Positions 51,336 through 61,500 of a stretch of 64,000 bases of DNA are shown here, piece after piece (the first letter of the stretch is position 1; each line of letters starts with the position of its first letter). The notes beneath the pieces are model-generated. The model saw only the letters and a list, made by a program, of their open reading frames with translations. It was not told where the DNA came from and ran no database searches. Source of the DNA: an uncultured Verrucomicrobiales bacterium (GTDB taxonomy: Bacteria > Verrucomicrobiota > Verrucomicrobiia > Verrucomicrobiales > DEV007); assembly GCA_938091905.1 (NCBI GenBank), contig CALKOM010000115.1, positions 1 to 64,000 of the forward strand. The letters are read 5' to 3'. The translations under genes and the position numbers were made by a program.

Positions 51336-52088
51336 ATGAGAATTCTCGATTTTATGCTACTTCCGGAAGTCGGCTCTGCCCATGGGTCGACGGTTGATGC
51401 CATGGATGAGTTTGTGCATCTCTTCATGGCCGCCTTATTTATTGGCTGGACTTTGTTTTTCCTCTTCTGCCTGTGGCGTTTTTGGCATAAGCGCAATCCT
51501 AAAGCAGACTACGTGGGCGTGCGTGGGCACGCCTCGACTCACGTCGAGGTGGGTGTCGTGATCATTGAGGCCATCTTGCTCATTGGTTTCGCGCTGCCTT
51601 TCTGGGCGCAACGTGTCGAAGCCTTTCCTGTCGGTCCCGACGTTGTGCGTATCCGTGCGGTCGCCTATCAGTTTGGCTGGGCCTTTCACTATCCGGGCCC
51701 AGATGGAAATTTCGGTCGTGTCGATAGGGACCTCTATGTGACCGACCCAGCTGGATTAGATCGCGAAGATCCGAACGGGTTAGACGACATCATACAGGTG
51801 GGTAGCCTTACCATGCCTAAGGATCGTCCTGTGGTCATTGATGTGACCTCCAAGGATGTGATACACAATCTTTCTATGGTGCCCTTGCGTGTCTCCCAAG
51901 ACGCCATCCCAGGCACAGAGTATCCGACATGGTTTACGCCAACCAAGACGGGCGAATGGGATATCATTTGTGGGCAGCTATGCGGGGCTGGGCACGGGTC
52001 GATGCGGGCTCTTTACACCGTGATTGAAGGAGATGACTTTGATAAATGGGTAATCGAAAATGCGCCCAAGCCACCGACTGAAGGCTAA
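51336..52088 (+). CDS. ctaC: Cytochrome c oxidase subunit II (CuA, no fused heme c)
   Basis: QFGW.F.YPG, SKDVIH, DAIPG, CGQLCGAGHGSM. Confidence 0.95.
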   Translation: MRILDFMLLPEVGSAHGSTVDAMDEFVHLFMAALFIGWTLFFLFCLWRFWHKRNPKADYVGVRGHASTHVEVGVVIIEAILLIGFALPFWAQRVEAFPVGPDVVRIRAVAYQFGWAFHYPGPDGNFGRVDRDLYVTDPAGLDREDPNGLDDIIQVGSLTMPKDRPVVIDVTSKDVIHNLSMVPLRVSQDAIPGTEYPTWFTPTKTGEWDIICGQLCGAGHGSMRALYTVIEGDDFDKWVIENAPKPPTEG

Positions 52089-52117
52089 CTCATATCCTTA
52101 CATGATTGCTTTTCTGA

Positions 52118-52151
52118 GAGGGCCGGGCCATTTGATGGCGCGGCCTTCTTT
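52118..52151 (+). terminator. Probable intrinsic terminator after ctaC
   Basis: GAGGGCCG-G-GCCAT-TTG-ATGGC-G-CGGCCTTC followed by TTT. Confidence 0.6.
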
Positions 52152-52168
52152 GTCGAGACGTAAACTGA

Positions 52169-53083
52169 TTGATGATGGCAGCCGAATCCACTAATTCTGA
52201 AATTACCCAAGCGGCAGTAGTGCCGCTTTCGCGGGCTGATTTCATGACACTCACGAAGGCGCGACTGAGTGCGCTTGTGGTGGTGACGACGATGTTCGGC
52301 TATTTGCTAGGCTGTCGTGGTGGTGCGGTTGACCTATGGCTACTCCTACACACGCTGTTAGGGACTACCCTCTGCGCGTTTGCGGCAGCAGTTTACAATC
52401 AAATCTTGGAAATGGATGCCGATGCCAAGATGAAGCGCACGGCAAATCGTCCATTACCCGCTCGCCGCATGTCCCCCGAATTTGCTTTCGGCTTGGGATG
52501 GATTTTGGCTGCCATTGGTATTCTGCATTTGTTGATGCAGGTAAACCTCTCTGCTGCGAGCATTGCCGCAGGTACCATAGCCGTCTATATTTTCGTCTAC
52601 ACACCGCTCAAGACACGTTCAGCAACGAACACGCTGGTAGGTGCCGTATCTGGTGCCCTTCCGCCACTCATTGGATGGGCAGCAGCAGGCAAACCTCTTT
52701 ATTCGGCTGAAGCACTCTTTCTTTTCGGCCTTCTCTTTTTATGGCAGTTGCCCCACTTTCTCGCCATCAACTGGATGTATCGCGAACAGTATGAACAGGG
52801 AGGTTTTGTCATGTGGTCCAACGATGATGAGACGGGTGTTAAAACGGGCAGGCTTACCGTCGGTTTTAGTGTCGCTACGTTTCTTTTCATGCTCTTTCCC
52901 TACTTCGCTGGATACGCAACGATCGTTTATCTGGCAGGGACGATACTGTTCACGGGCTTGCTTTTAGCGCTTTCTTTGCGTTTTTACAGGTCTTGTGAAC
53001 GAAGCCATGCACGTCAGCTTTTCTTCTATACCTTGCTTTATCTACCCGTCATGCTCGCGGTCGTTTTGCTGGCTTGGCGCTGA
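52169..53083 (+). CDS. cyoE: Protoheme IX farnesyltransferase (heme o synthase)
   Basis: LTKARL, NQ.LE.D.D.KM.RT.NRPLP, VYTPLK, GALPPLIGW, WQLPHF. Confidence 0.96.
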   Translation: MMMAAESTNSEITQAAVVPLSRADFMTLTKARLSALVVVTTMFGYLLGCRGGAVDLWLLLHTLLGTTLCAFAAAVYNQILEMDADAKMKRTANRPLPARRMSPEFAFGLGWILAAIGILHLLMQVNLSAASIAAGTIAVYIFVYTPLKTRSATNTLVGAVSGALPPLIGWAAAGKPLYSAEALFLFGLLFLWQLPHFLAINWMYREQYEQGGFVMWSNDDETGVKTGRLTVGFSVATFLFMLFPYFAGYATIVYLAGTILFTGLLLALSLRFYRSCERSHARQLFFYTLLYLPVMLAVVLLAWR

Positions 53084-53103
53084 ATCACTTCTCATTACGT
53101 CAA

Positions 53104-53784
53104 ATGTCCACTAACGAACAGACTCCCAGAACCGGGCAATCGCTTGTATTGGTCATTCTTAGCGTGGTGATCGTGCTCGCCTTGGTGATCTTTTGGAACA
53201 TACGCCAGCTTCGACGGGGCCAGCAATCTGCTGGGCAACAGCTACCTGTCATCGCGCAACTGGACATACCGTTGGAAGGGCTTAATCATCGTGGTGAGGA
53301 CGTTTCCTTCGCCGATCTGCGGGGGAAAGTGTGGGTGCTGGCGTATTTTTACACCAAATGCCCCTCTGGCTGCGAAGGGGTGATGGGTCGTATGAAAGAC
53401 CTGCAAAGTGAGTTTTCGCATGAGGCCGACAGGCTGCACTTCGTCGGTCTCTCCATGGATCCCAACAATGATACTCCTGAGCAAATGGCGACTTGGGGAC
53501 TGGACAAGGATCGTGGAATGGGCAGCGGAAATTGGTGGTTCATGACTGGAGACACAGGGGAGGTCCGCAACTACATGAGTAAGCATCTCAGAATGAACGT
53601 TACCACTAGAACCGACCCTGCAGAGATTACCGCTTATGGAGAATTGGAACACGAGTTCAAGCTCGTACTAGTAGATCAGGAGGGTGCGGTTCGCTACTAC
53701 TACGATGTGTTAGGGGGCCAAACGGGTGATGTCCATGCTGCGAAGATCCGGGAAGACATTCAATATCTACTCGAGCAATCATGA
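53104..53784 (+). CDS. SCO/SenC family copper chaperone
   Basis: LRGKVWV..FYTKCPSGC, SMDP..DTPE, W.F.TG, H...LVD..G.VR. Confidence 0.92.
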   Translation: MSTNEQTPRTGQSLVLVILSVVIVLALVIFWNIRQLRRGQQSAGQQLPVIAQLDIPLEGLNHRGEDVSFADLRGKVWVLAYFYTKCPSGCEGVMGRMKDLQSEFSHEADRLHFVGLSMDPNNDTPEQMATWGLDKDRGMGSGNWWFMTGDTGEVRNYMSKHLRMNVTTRTDPAEITAYGELEHEFKLVLVDQEGAVRYYYDVLGGQTGDVHAAKIREDIQYLLEQS

Positions 53785-54476
53785 CCGAACGTGAGTCAGG
53801 AGGGGGCATGAGATTTACACTCATCGTTTGTGGTGTCGTCATGGCCTTGGGCATGGTAGTGTTCTGGAACTACCGCAAGACTCTACAGACGCAGGCAGCG
53901 AATCTAGAGCGCTTGCCCATCATGTCACAAATGGATAAACCTTTGGATGGGATTAACCATCGAGGGGAGTCGGTATCTTTCCAAGACTTACGTGGAAAAG
54001 TGTGGGTCCTTGCCTATGCGGATACTTTTAGTCCTGCTGGAAGTGAGCAGTTGATCATGCGGTTGAAAGTACTCCAGGACGAGTTTGCGGCAGAAAAGAA
54101 CTTCCATGTCGTGGCACTGTCGACCCAACCTGACAAAGACACGCCAGAGAGGATGTTGCAGTGGGGTAAAGAGCGTGGTCTCGGCGAGGGCAATTGGTGG
54201 TTCATGACTGGCATGTCCAAGGAGATACGGACCTACATTGGCAAGTATTTTAAGCTTTACGTGACTCAGCGAACCAATCCGGAAGAAATTGCAACCTACG
54301 GCCCTTGGGAAACCGAGTATAGACTATCGCTTGTCGATCAGGCGGGTGCTATTCGGGCACAATACGAGGTGCTCGACGCGCGTGTGGGAGAGAATCACGA
54401 AAGGCAACTTCATGTCGACATCAAGAACCTGCTTGAGCATGGGCACAACTTTGGTGGCCCTGGAAGGAAATCCTAG
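53781..54476 (+). CDS. SCO family paralog lacking CxxxC and His
   Basis: Collinear with the upstream SCO (G.NHRGE.VSF.DLRGKVWVLAY, GNWWFMTG) but ADTFSPAGS in place of the Cys motif. Confidence 0.85.
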   Translation: MTERESGGGMRFTLIVCGVVMALGMVVFWNYRKTLQTQAANLERLPIMSQMDKPLDGINHRGESVSFQDLRGKVWVLAYADTFSPAGSEQLIMRLKVLQDEFAAEKNFHVVALSTQPDKDTPERMLQWGKERGLGEGNWWFMTGMSKEIRTYIGKYFKLYVTQRTNPEEIATYGPWETEYRLSLVDQAGAIRAQYEVLDARVGENHERQLHVDIKNLLEHGHNFGGPGRKS

Positions 54477-54485
54477 CAAAGAGAG

Positions 54486-54986
54486 ATGGAAAGTTTCGAA
54501 ACTGACTTCAGCCAAGTCCCTCTGTGGGTATTTGATCTCCCATCCACGAATGCCACGCTGAATGCTACCTGTACTGTTCTTCTCATTGCAGGCTGGATTT
54601 GTATCAAGCGCAACTTTAAGAAGGCACACATCGGTTGCATGATAACGGCTCTGCTTGTTTCAGTTGCCTTTCTGTCTTGTTACCTAACCTATCACACGAT
54701 GCTTCAGCGCTATGCTGGAAATGCATCGATCAGATTCACTCACCAAGGACCCGTGAGGCCTGTCTACTTCACCATTCTCATCACCCATGTCATCTTAGCT
54801 GCCGTGAATTTGCCGATGATTATCCTAACGGTTATCCCGGCGTGTCGTCGTCGTTTTGATAAGCACAAGCGCATAGCCCGCTGGACGCTTCCCGTTTGGC
54901 TTTACGTATCGATCACTGGAGTAATCGTTTATCTGATGCTCTACCAGTGGTTTCCCTCGGACATGCTTCGGGCAATCCCACGCTAG
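54486..54986 (+). CDS. DUF420 (CtaM-like) oxidase assembly membrane protein
   Basis: LP..NATLN, H..CM.TA, FL.CYL.YH, YF.ILITH..LA, HKRIARWT.PVWLYVSITG. Confidence 0.92.
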   Translation: MESFETDFSQVPLWVFDLPSTNATLNATCTVLLIAGWICIKRNFKKAHIGCMITALLVSVAFLSCYLTYHTMLQRYAGNASIRFTHQGPVRPVYFTILITHVILAAVNLPMIILTVIPACRRRFDKHKRIARWTLPVWLYVSITGVIVYLMLYQWFPSDMLRAIPR

Positions 54987-55834
54987 GCTTCCGCCAAGGC
55001 TTCCTTGATTTGCTTGCGGTCCCATTCTTGTTGAAATCCGAGAGCTCGCCCCATGACCCTGAACCAAAAGCCCTGACGTTCTCGGTAGCGGTCTTTCCAG
55101 TCAAAGCCACCTCCATGATAGGCGCGGATGAAGCGGGCGGCATCCGTAACCGTGAGATCAGCGCCGAACGCAGAGAAAACTAGCGCCCCCAAATCTTTGA
55201 CGCGCCACCGATCAGGCGTTGGGCCCGAACGGATCTGGACGCGATGGAGGTCGATGATCATGAGATCAATGCTGTCTTCAGACTGCCATTGTGACCAATC
55301 ACGTGATTGAGTGAGAAAGTGACAGAGATAGTAGTCTCGGTGATTGATGCCACCTTCGTGGAGACGGCGTGAAAGCTCGCCTAGCTTAGGGATGAGATGG
55401 CGTTTCAGGCGATTTCGTTGGGGTTCGCCAAAGCTTTCCTGCCGTTGTAGCAGCTCTTCCAGACTGATGGACTTCTCAAAGGACTCTGTCACAATAAATG
55501 AGCCAGCGCTTCCAGGTATCCAACCGCGCATCCCTTTGCCGGCAATTGTCATGGTCGGGACATCGACTCGATTGAAGGCTTCAATGCCTAACCATTCAGG
55601 GCGCGCTCCCAGGACAGGCCATTTGAGTGAGAGCAAGCTTTTCAGCCACTCTATGATTGAGGCTCTTTGGTGAGCCTTGATGAAATAGTGTTGGCCGCCT
55701 CGTTCGAACTTTACCGTGCGGCGTCCTTTCACATCTCTATAAACATCGCCTTGGACATGCATGAGTTCCTCGAACCCCTGGGCATCTTCCCGATAGAAGC
55801 CGCACAGTTTGCTGCTGAGTTCGATTAGAAACAT
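54983..55834 (-). CDS. waaP: LPS core heptose kinase WaaP/RfaP-like
   Basis: G.VYR...GRRT..F, YFIK.H, PVLGA..EW, SFIVTE, NHRD.YLCHFL, IDLHR.QIR, RWR.KDL. Confidence 0.88.
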   Translation of the reverse strand: MFLIELSSKLCGFYREDAQGFEELMHVQGDVYRDVKGRRTVKFERGGQHYFIKAHQRASIIEWLKSLLSLKWPVLGARPEWLGIEAFNRVDVPTMTIAGKGMRGWIPGSAGSFIVTESFEKSISLEELLQRQESFGEPQRNRLKRHLIPKLGELSRRLHEGGINHRDYYLCHFLTQSRDWSQWQSEDSIDLMIIDLHRVQIRSGPTPDRWRVKDLGALVFSAFGADLTVTDAARFIRAYHGGGFDWKDRYRERQGFWFRVMGRALGFQQEWDRKQIKEALAEA

Positions 55835-55847
55835 GGATGTAGGGAAA

Positions 55848-57182
55848 TCAGTCGTCTGCGATGACGCAAGGCACGAGAATGGCCTCGCTCATGCCATGGA
55901 TGAGTTTCTTCTCCGCAGGCACGATGGTGGCCAGCACGCCGTGCAGGGCTGCGTTGCCTTCATCGTCTGGCAGGTAATAGGGACAGAGGCGAACCCGGCC
56001 TTCCATCTGTTCGATTTTCCCGGATTCATGATCCCAGTAAGGATGCACAACGCGCTTTCCCTTGTGAAAGCGTTGAATAATGTAAGGGTGATGATCAAAG
56101 CTCTCGACAGCGTTGTCTAGCGCATCTGTCCACTCTTGTTGGGACATGTCCTGACCAATGTGCACACCGCGGCTGCCCCAGGCTAGTTCTGAGTAGCCGC
56201 TGATCTTGAGTACGAGTTGGCGTTCGCTTTGAGTGAAGTCAGCGAGTTCGTCCCAGTGGTTGATGTTCAGCCCTGGCAGAACCGCATGATGTGGTAGGGG
56301 CGCGGGATCGACGACCCAGGATTCTGGAATGATGGTGCGGAGAAATTGCTCATTGCTTGCACGGAGTTCGCGAATCCAGTGCGGACGAAGCAAATGTGAG
56401 TGAAAGAGGGCTAACCAGAGCTTCTCTTCTAGATAGGGTTTGTAAGGCGGGGTGACCTTAGCAATGCCCTCATTGACTTGTTGACCCAGGTGACGTGCTC
56501 CCACGATGTTGTCTAAGTCGAAGAGTTCGAAGAAGCGATACACCGCACGGTAGTGCGCCGCAGGAAAGTCATCCGCCTTGAGGGCGCGCCAGATGGTGCC
56601 TTCATGAAAGAAGACCTCGTTAAGCCGTCGCGCTAACCAAGTCATCTCGGGACGGTAGTCGTCGGACTCGTCCGAGATAAGTAGATCACCGCCCTTGATG
56701 AGGATCCGACGAAAGCCAGCAAGCATGCCCGTCTTACCACCGATCAAGCGATTGTTAGGGTCCCACTGACTGTAGACTTCGTTTAGCCAAGCGGTCACGC
56801 CGATGCCGCCCGGAACGTTATCGATCTCTGTCATGGCAAGCCCATCCTCAGTGAGGAGGAGATCCGGCCGAATGACTTGGGGCAAGTCGTCCCTGATCGC
56901 GCTGTCGCAGGACATTTCCAGCAGCCACTTGGGCTTGCCCGCATCGACATACTCCGAGATCCAGCTTGGCAAGGTGCCCTTTAGGCTTCGCTGATAGAAG
57001 GTATTGCAAGTGGCCTGAAATCGACGCAGCAAAGGGCCCAACCTTTCGAGTTGTTTGACAGTCGATCTGGGCAGAGGAAAGGGCTTTGGAGACCAGCGCC
57101 AGGTCTTCTCTGAAAAGAGACCTTCTCTGGGGAAAGCGCTATGGAGGGCGTCAATGCGAGCCTTGGCGTCGTCGTCGGTCAT
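55848..57182 (-). CDS. Hypothetical protein, ATP-grasp-like (glutathionylspermidine-synthase/circularly permuted type)
   Basis: IRPDLLL...TEID.VPGG.G; LVLK.SG....WGSRGV.IG; YIIQRF; RVRLCPYY. Confidence 0.7.
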   Translation of the reverse strand: MTDDDAKARIDALHSAFPREGLFSEKTWRWSPKPFPLPRSTVKQLERLGPLLRRFQATCNTFYQRSLKGTLPSWISEYVDAGKPKWLLEMSCDSAIRDDLPQVIRPDLLLTEDGLAMTEIDNVPGGIGVTAWLNEVYSQWDPNNRLIGGKTGMLAGFRRILIKGGDLLISDESDDYRPEMTWLARRLNEVFFHEGTIWRALKADDFPAAHYRAVYRFFELFDLDNIVGARHLGQQVNEGIAKVTPPYKPYLEEKLWLALFHSHLLRPHWIRELRASNEQFLRTIIPESWVVDPAPLPHHAVLPGLNINHWDELADFTQSERQLVLKISGYSELAWGSRGVHIGQDMSQQEWTDALDNAVESFDHHPYIIQRFHKGKRVVHPYWDHESGKIEQMEGRVRLCPYYLPDDEGNAALHGVLATIVPAEKKLIHGMSEAILVPCVIADD

Positions 57183-57203
57183 GCGTCCCGCATTCTCTCG
57201 CCT

Positions 57204-57809
57204 CTAGTTCAGGATTCGCAAGCCAGCGCGAATGATTTCATCTACGGTGGAGTCACCTGAGAATTCGCCACTCTTGCGCAGTAGAGCGATGGCTTTGTTC
57301 GCCTCGGTTTGTTTGTATCCCAGATTGATGAGGGCGAGGAGACCGTCGTTAAAGACACTCTCCTGAGTCGCTTCGCCACCTGAGGCGTGCCCCCAGGCTT
57401 CGACCACGCCAACCTTGTCCTTCAGTTCGAGAACGATGCGTTCCGTTGTCTTCTTACCCAGGCCTTTCACTTGGGAAATGCACTCCACATCTCCGCGCAC
57501 CACAGCTGCCTGGAACTCGTCTACGGACACGCCGCTGAGCACAGCGAGCGCGATCTTTGGCCCCACGCCACTCACGCGCTGGATGAGTAGGCGAAAGAGG
57601 TCGCGCTCGGCAGCAGTCGCAAATCCGTAGAGAATGTGGGCATCCTCTCGCACTTGAAGGTGTGTGAGGATCTTGATGCGACCTTTCTGATGACCAAGGA
57701 CGTCATAGGTTGAGAGAGGAATGAGCACCTGATAGCCCACGCCGTTCACATCCAAGGTTATTTGGTTAGGCAGACTTTCGACAAGCTCGCCGCTAAGGTA
57801 CGTAATCAT
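57204..57809 (-). CDS. ruvA: Holliday junction branch migration protein RuvA
   Basis: VNGVGY, THLQVRED...LYGF, VSGVGPKIAL, GLGKKT.ERIVLELKDK, ALINLGY. Confidence 0.97.
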   Translation of the reverse strand: MITYLSGELVESLPNQITLDVNGVGYQVLIPLSTYDVLGHQKGRIKILTHLQVREDAHILYGFATAAERDLFRLLIQRVSGVGPKIALAVLSGVSVDEFQAAVVRGDVECISQVKGLGKKTTERIVLELKDKVGVVEAWGHASGGEATQESVFNDGLLALINLGYKQTEANKAIALLRKSGEFSGDSTVDEIIRAGLRILN

Positions 57810-57978
57810 AGGGCACAGTGATTAAGCGCAGGAGAGAACAAACGAATAGGTATATTTAAGACGAAATAGCAAATTAGGTGTGACTTAAATCGTTCGTTCC
57901 GTAATCTAATAGATTGTAAGGCATTCATGATGAATGTCTTAGAGCCTTACCTGCTTCAAACTTAAAACTGTTATTACC

Positions 57979-58377
57979 ATGGGATTTATCAGTGAATTCA
58001 AGGACTTTGCCATGAAGGGCAACGTCATGGACATGGCCGTCGGTGTCATCATCGGTGGAGCCTTTGGCAAGATCGTGACCTCGCTTGTGGAAAACGTCAT
58101 CATGCCGATTGTCAGCGTTGCCACAAGTGGCGTGAACTTTGCCGAAAAGCTGGCCTACAAGATGGGAGAAGGAGAAGGCGCTGCTGAGGTGAAACTCGGT
58201 GCCTTTCTTCAATCGGCCTTTGATTTCGTCATCATCGCTTTCTGCATCTTCATCATGATCAAGATGGTGAACAAAGCTCGTCTTGCCATTGAGGGTGAGC
58301 CAGAGCCCGAGGTCAAAGAAGATCCTGCGGACATCCAACTTCTCCGAGAAATCCGTGATTCGCTCAAGAAGGGCTAA
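57979..58377 (+). CDS. mscL: Large-conductance mechanosensitive channel
   Basis: EFKDFAMKGNVMDMAVGVIIGGAFGKIV.SLV, LLREIRD.L. Confidence 0.97.
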   Translation: MGFISEFKDFAMKGNVMDMAVGVIIGGAFGKIVTSLVENVIMPIVSVATSGVNFAEKLAYKMGEGEGAAEVKLGAFLQSAFDFVIIAFCIFIMIKMVNKARLAIEGEPEPEVKEDPADIQLLREIRDSLKKG

Positions 58378-58411
58378 ACAGCTCCTCCCGATTACGACAA
58401 TGTTTGTAGAT

Positions 58412-58435
58412 GCCGCTGGGAGCATTCCTGGCGGC
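58412..58435 (+). terminator. GC-rich hairpin after mscL
   Basis: GCCGCTGGGA-GCAT-TCCTGGCGGC; weak U tail. Confidence 0.45.
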
Positions 58436-58519
58436 GTTCTGCGTTCCTGGGGGATGGATTTCTCTGAAATCTGGTCTTCTCGCAGCTATCGTTTCTAGAT
58501 TTATGGGGTTCATTGAACC

Positions 58520-61500
58520 ATGAGATCACTTTGTTTCCTCCTGATGTCCCTGGCGGTTCTCCCGGCACTGGCGGAAGAACCTCAGGCCACCTTCTTTGAG
58601 ACCAAGATTCGGCCGCTCTTGGCCGAGGCGTGCTACAAGTGCCACGCGGCAGACACGAAGCAGAAAGCAGGCCTTCTACTCGACTCTAAGGCCGGCTGGC
58701 AGATTGGTGGCGACTCAGGCCCAGCGCTGGTTCCCGGGGATCCAGAAGCGAGCCTGATGATCCGCGCCATCGGCTATGAGGAAACGGACCTCCAGATGCC
58801 TCCGAAGAAACGCCTCACAGGCGCGCAGATAGCCGACCTGACGCAATGGGTTGCCGACGGCGCTTATGACCCTCGTGAGGGCGGACGCGAGGCAGTCGCC
58901 AAGGCAGCTGATAGTATCGACGTCGCTGCGCGCAAGTCGGCCCACTGGGCCTGGCAAAAGGTGACTTTGCCTACCAAGCCTGTTGTGAAAGAGACCGATT
59001 GGCCTCAGCAATCAATCGACCCGTTCATCCTCGCCAAATTGGAAGAGGTCGAGCTCACGCCGAACGGTGCCGCCGCATCTCAGGTGCTCATTCGCCGCGT
59101 CTTCTTTGACCTCACCGGGTTGCCGCCGACACCCGAGCAGGTGAAAGCCTTCATGGCCGAGCCCACCGAGGGTGCCTATGAAGCTGTCGTCGACGACCTC
59201 TTGAAATCCCAACACTTTGGCGAACACTGGGGACAGCATTGGTTGGACCTCGTTCGTTTCGCAGAGACGTGGGGCCACGAACAAGATTTCGCTATCCCAC
59301 ATGCCTGGCGTTATCGTGATTATGTTATACGTGCTTTTAATGCTGATGTGCCCTACGATGACTTTCTCGTCGAACATGTCGCTGGTGATCTTGTAGAGAA
59401 ACCTCGCATTGATGCCAAGAGTCGTGCGAACGAGTCCATCCAAGGAACCGGTTTCTGGCATCTTGGCGAGGCCACCCACTCTCCTGTGGATATTCGAGAG
59501 GACGAATGTGTGCGGCTGTCGAATCAGATCGATGTTTTCTCCAAAGCCTTCCTTGGGCAGACAGTGATGTGTGCGCGTTGTCACGATCACAAATTTGAAG
59601 CCATCACGACGAAAGACTACTATCGCCTCTTTGGTTACTTGCAGAGCTCGAATTATCAGATAGCTGATGTTTCCGACCCTGAGGCTCAGGCCGAGGCTGC
59701 CACGACTCTTGCGGACATCCAGAAGAGGGAAGACCAAGCCCTACGCCAGGCCATGAGTCGCGAGTATTTCCTCAAACGGGCGGATGGCGACATTGATTGG
59801 GGCGCTTATGTCACAGAGGAAGCGAAATCTCTTGGCCATCCACTCTACCCGCTCACAGAGAAAGAAACTGCTCAAGCATTGGAGCGCTGGTTGGATGAGG
59901 AGAAGCGTAGCCAAGCCGAATTGGCCAAGCAGACCGTCATTGGAACGGAGCGCAAAGGAGAGCTGGATCTCATTCCTATTGAAAGGATCTTTGATGAATC
60001 GAAGGACGTGATTGCCGATTATTCAATGAAAGATGTTGGTTGGTATGTCAGTGGTCATCGCTTTGGAAAGAACCCCGTGGCCACTGGCACCGTCCTTCCT
60101 TCTGGACTCGCTCTGGAAGTTGCCGCCCACAGCGACTTGCTTAGCGAGAAGTTCACCGGTCTCATTCGCACCAAGACGTTTGAGGTCACAGGGGATCGTT
60201 TGTGGTTCCGATATCGCGGCCAAGCCAAGATGTTTCTCGCAGTGGACTCGCATCGTGTTTGTCAGGGACCACTACACAGTGGGCGCCTGCGCAAGAATCT
60301 GGAGTCGAAAGAGCCCGGCTATCATTGGGTCTCTCACGATGTAAGCAAATACATCGGGCACCGTGTACACGTAGAATTTACGCCCAAATCGAACTTCAGT
60401 TTGAGCCGTGTGCAATTTAGCCATGACAAACCGAAGACCCCTTTTGTTGCCAATGCGCATCTCAAGGCTGCGCTGACGGATTCTGGAAACCTAAATGCAG
60501 CCTACAATCGCCTTTTTGATAGATCGGTTGATGCATGGAACAGCGGAAGCGCTGATCGTCATCAACTTGCGCTCGTCGACTGGCTTTTCTTCCGATCCAA
60601 GTTGATCGATGTGGCCGCCTCGCCGCGAGTGGAAGCCGTACGCGAGCGTTTCTCCAGGGCCCGAGCTGAGGCCGAGGGCCGGATTCCAAAGCCCATCCAG
60701 GCCTTAGCTCTCATGGACGGCAGCGCAGAGGACGAACCTGTCCACTTCCGTGGCAACTATCGCACGCTCAGCCCTGAACCCGTGAGAAGAGGGCACCTGC
60801 TAGACGCGCTCGCCTCTGGTGAAGAGACGCTGCCGCCCGATGGCAGCGGTCGATTGCAACTTGCTCACCAGATCATCTCTGCCGATAACCCGCTTACCGC
60901 ACGTGTCTTCGTCAACCGCGTCTGGCACCACCTCTTTGGGCGAGGCATCGTTGAGACGGTCGATAACCTCGGCTCGGCCGGAACCAAGCCATCCCATCCG
61001 GAGTTGTTAGACCACTTGGCGTATCGATTTGTGCATGAGCAAGGTTGGTCAACGAAACGACTCCTTCGTGAGCTCGTTCTGTCACAGACTTACCGTATGA
61101 GTAGCGAGCCGCATGCTGAAAAGACGGCCGTGGATCCAACGAATCTTCTTGTGCATCGTATGCCTATTCGGCGACTAACAGGCGAGGCGATCCGGGATCA
61201 CTTGCTACACGTCTCCGGGCGACTCGATCGCGAACCATTTGGCAAGAGTGTTATGGTTCATATCTCTGACTTCATGCGAAGTAATCGCAGCCCTGCAGGC
61301 AGTGGTCCCCTGGATGGCAATGGACGCCGTAGTATATACATCGAAGGGCGTCGCAATCACATGGAACCCCTGCTCGTCGCTTTCGACAAACCCACTCCGT
61401 TCACAGCCATTGGCAAGCGCAATGTCTCCAGTTCGCCTGCGCAACCGCTCATGATGCTCAACAACGAACTCGTGCATCAGGAAGCCGCGCGTTGGGCCAA

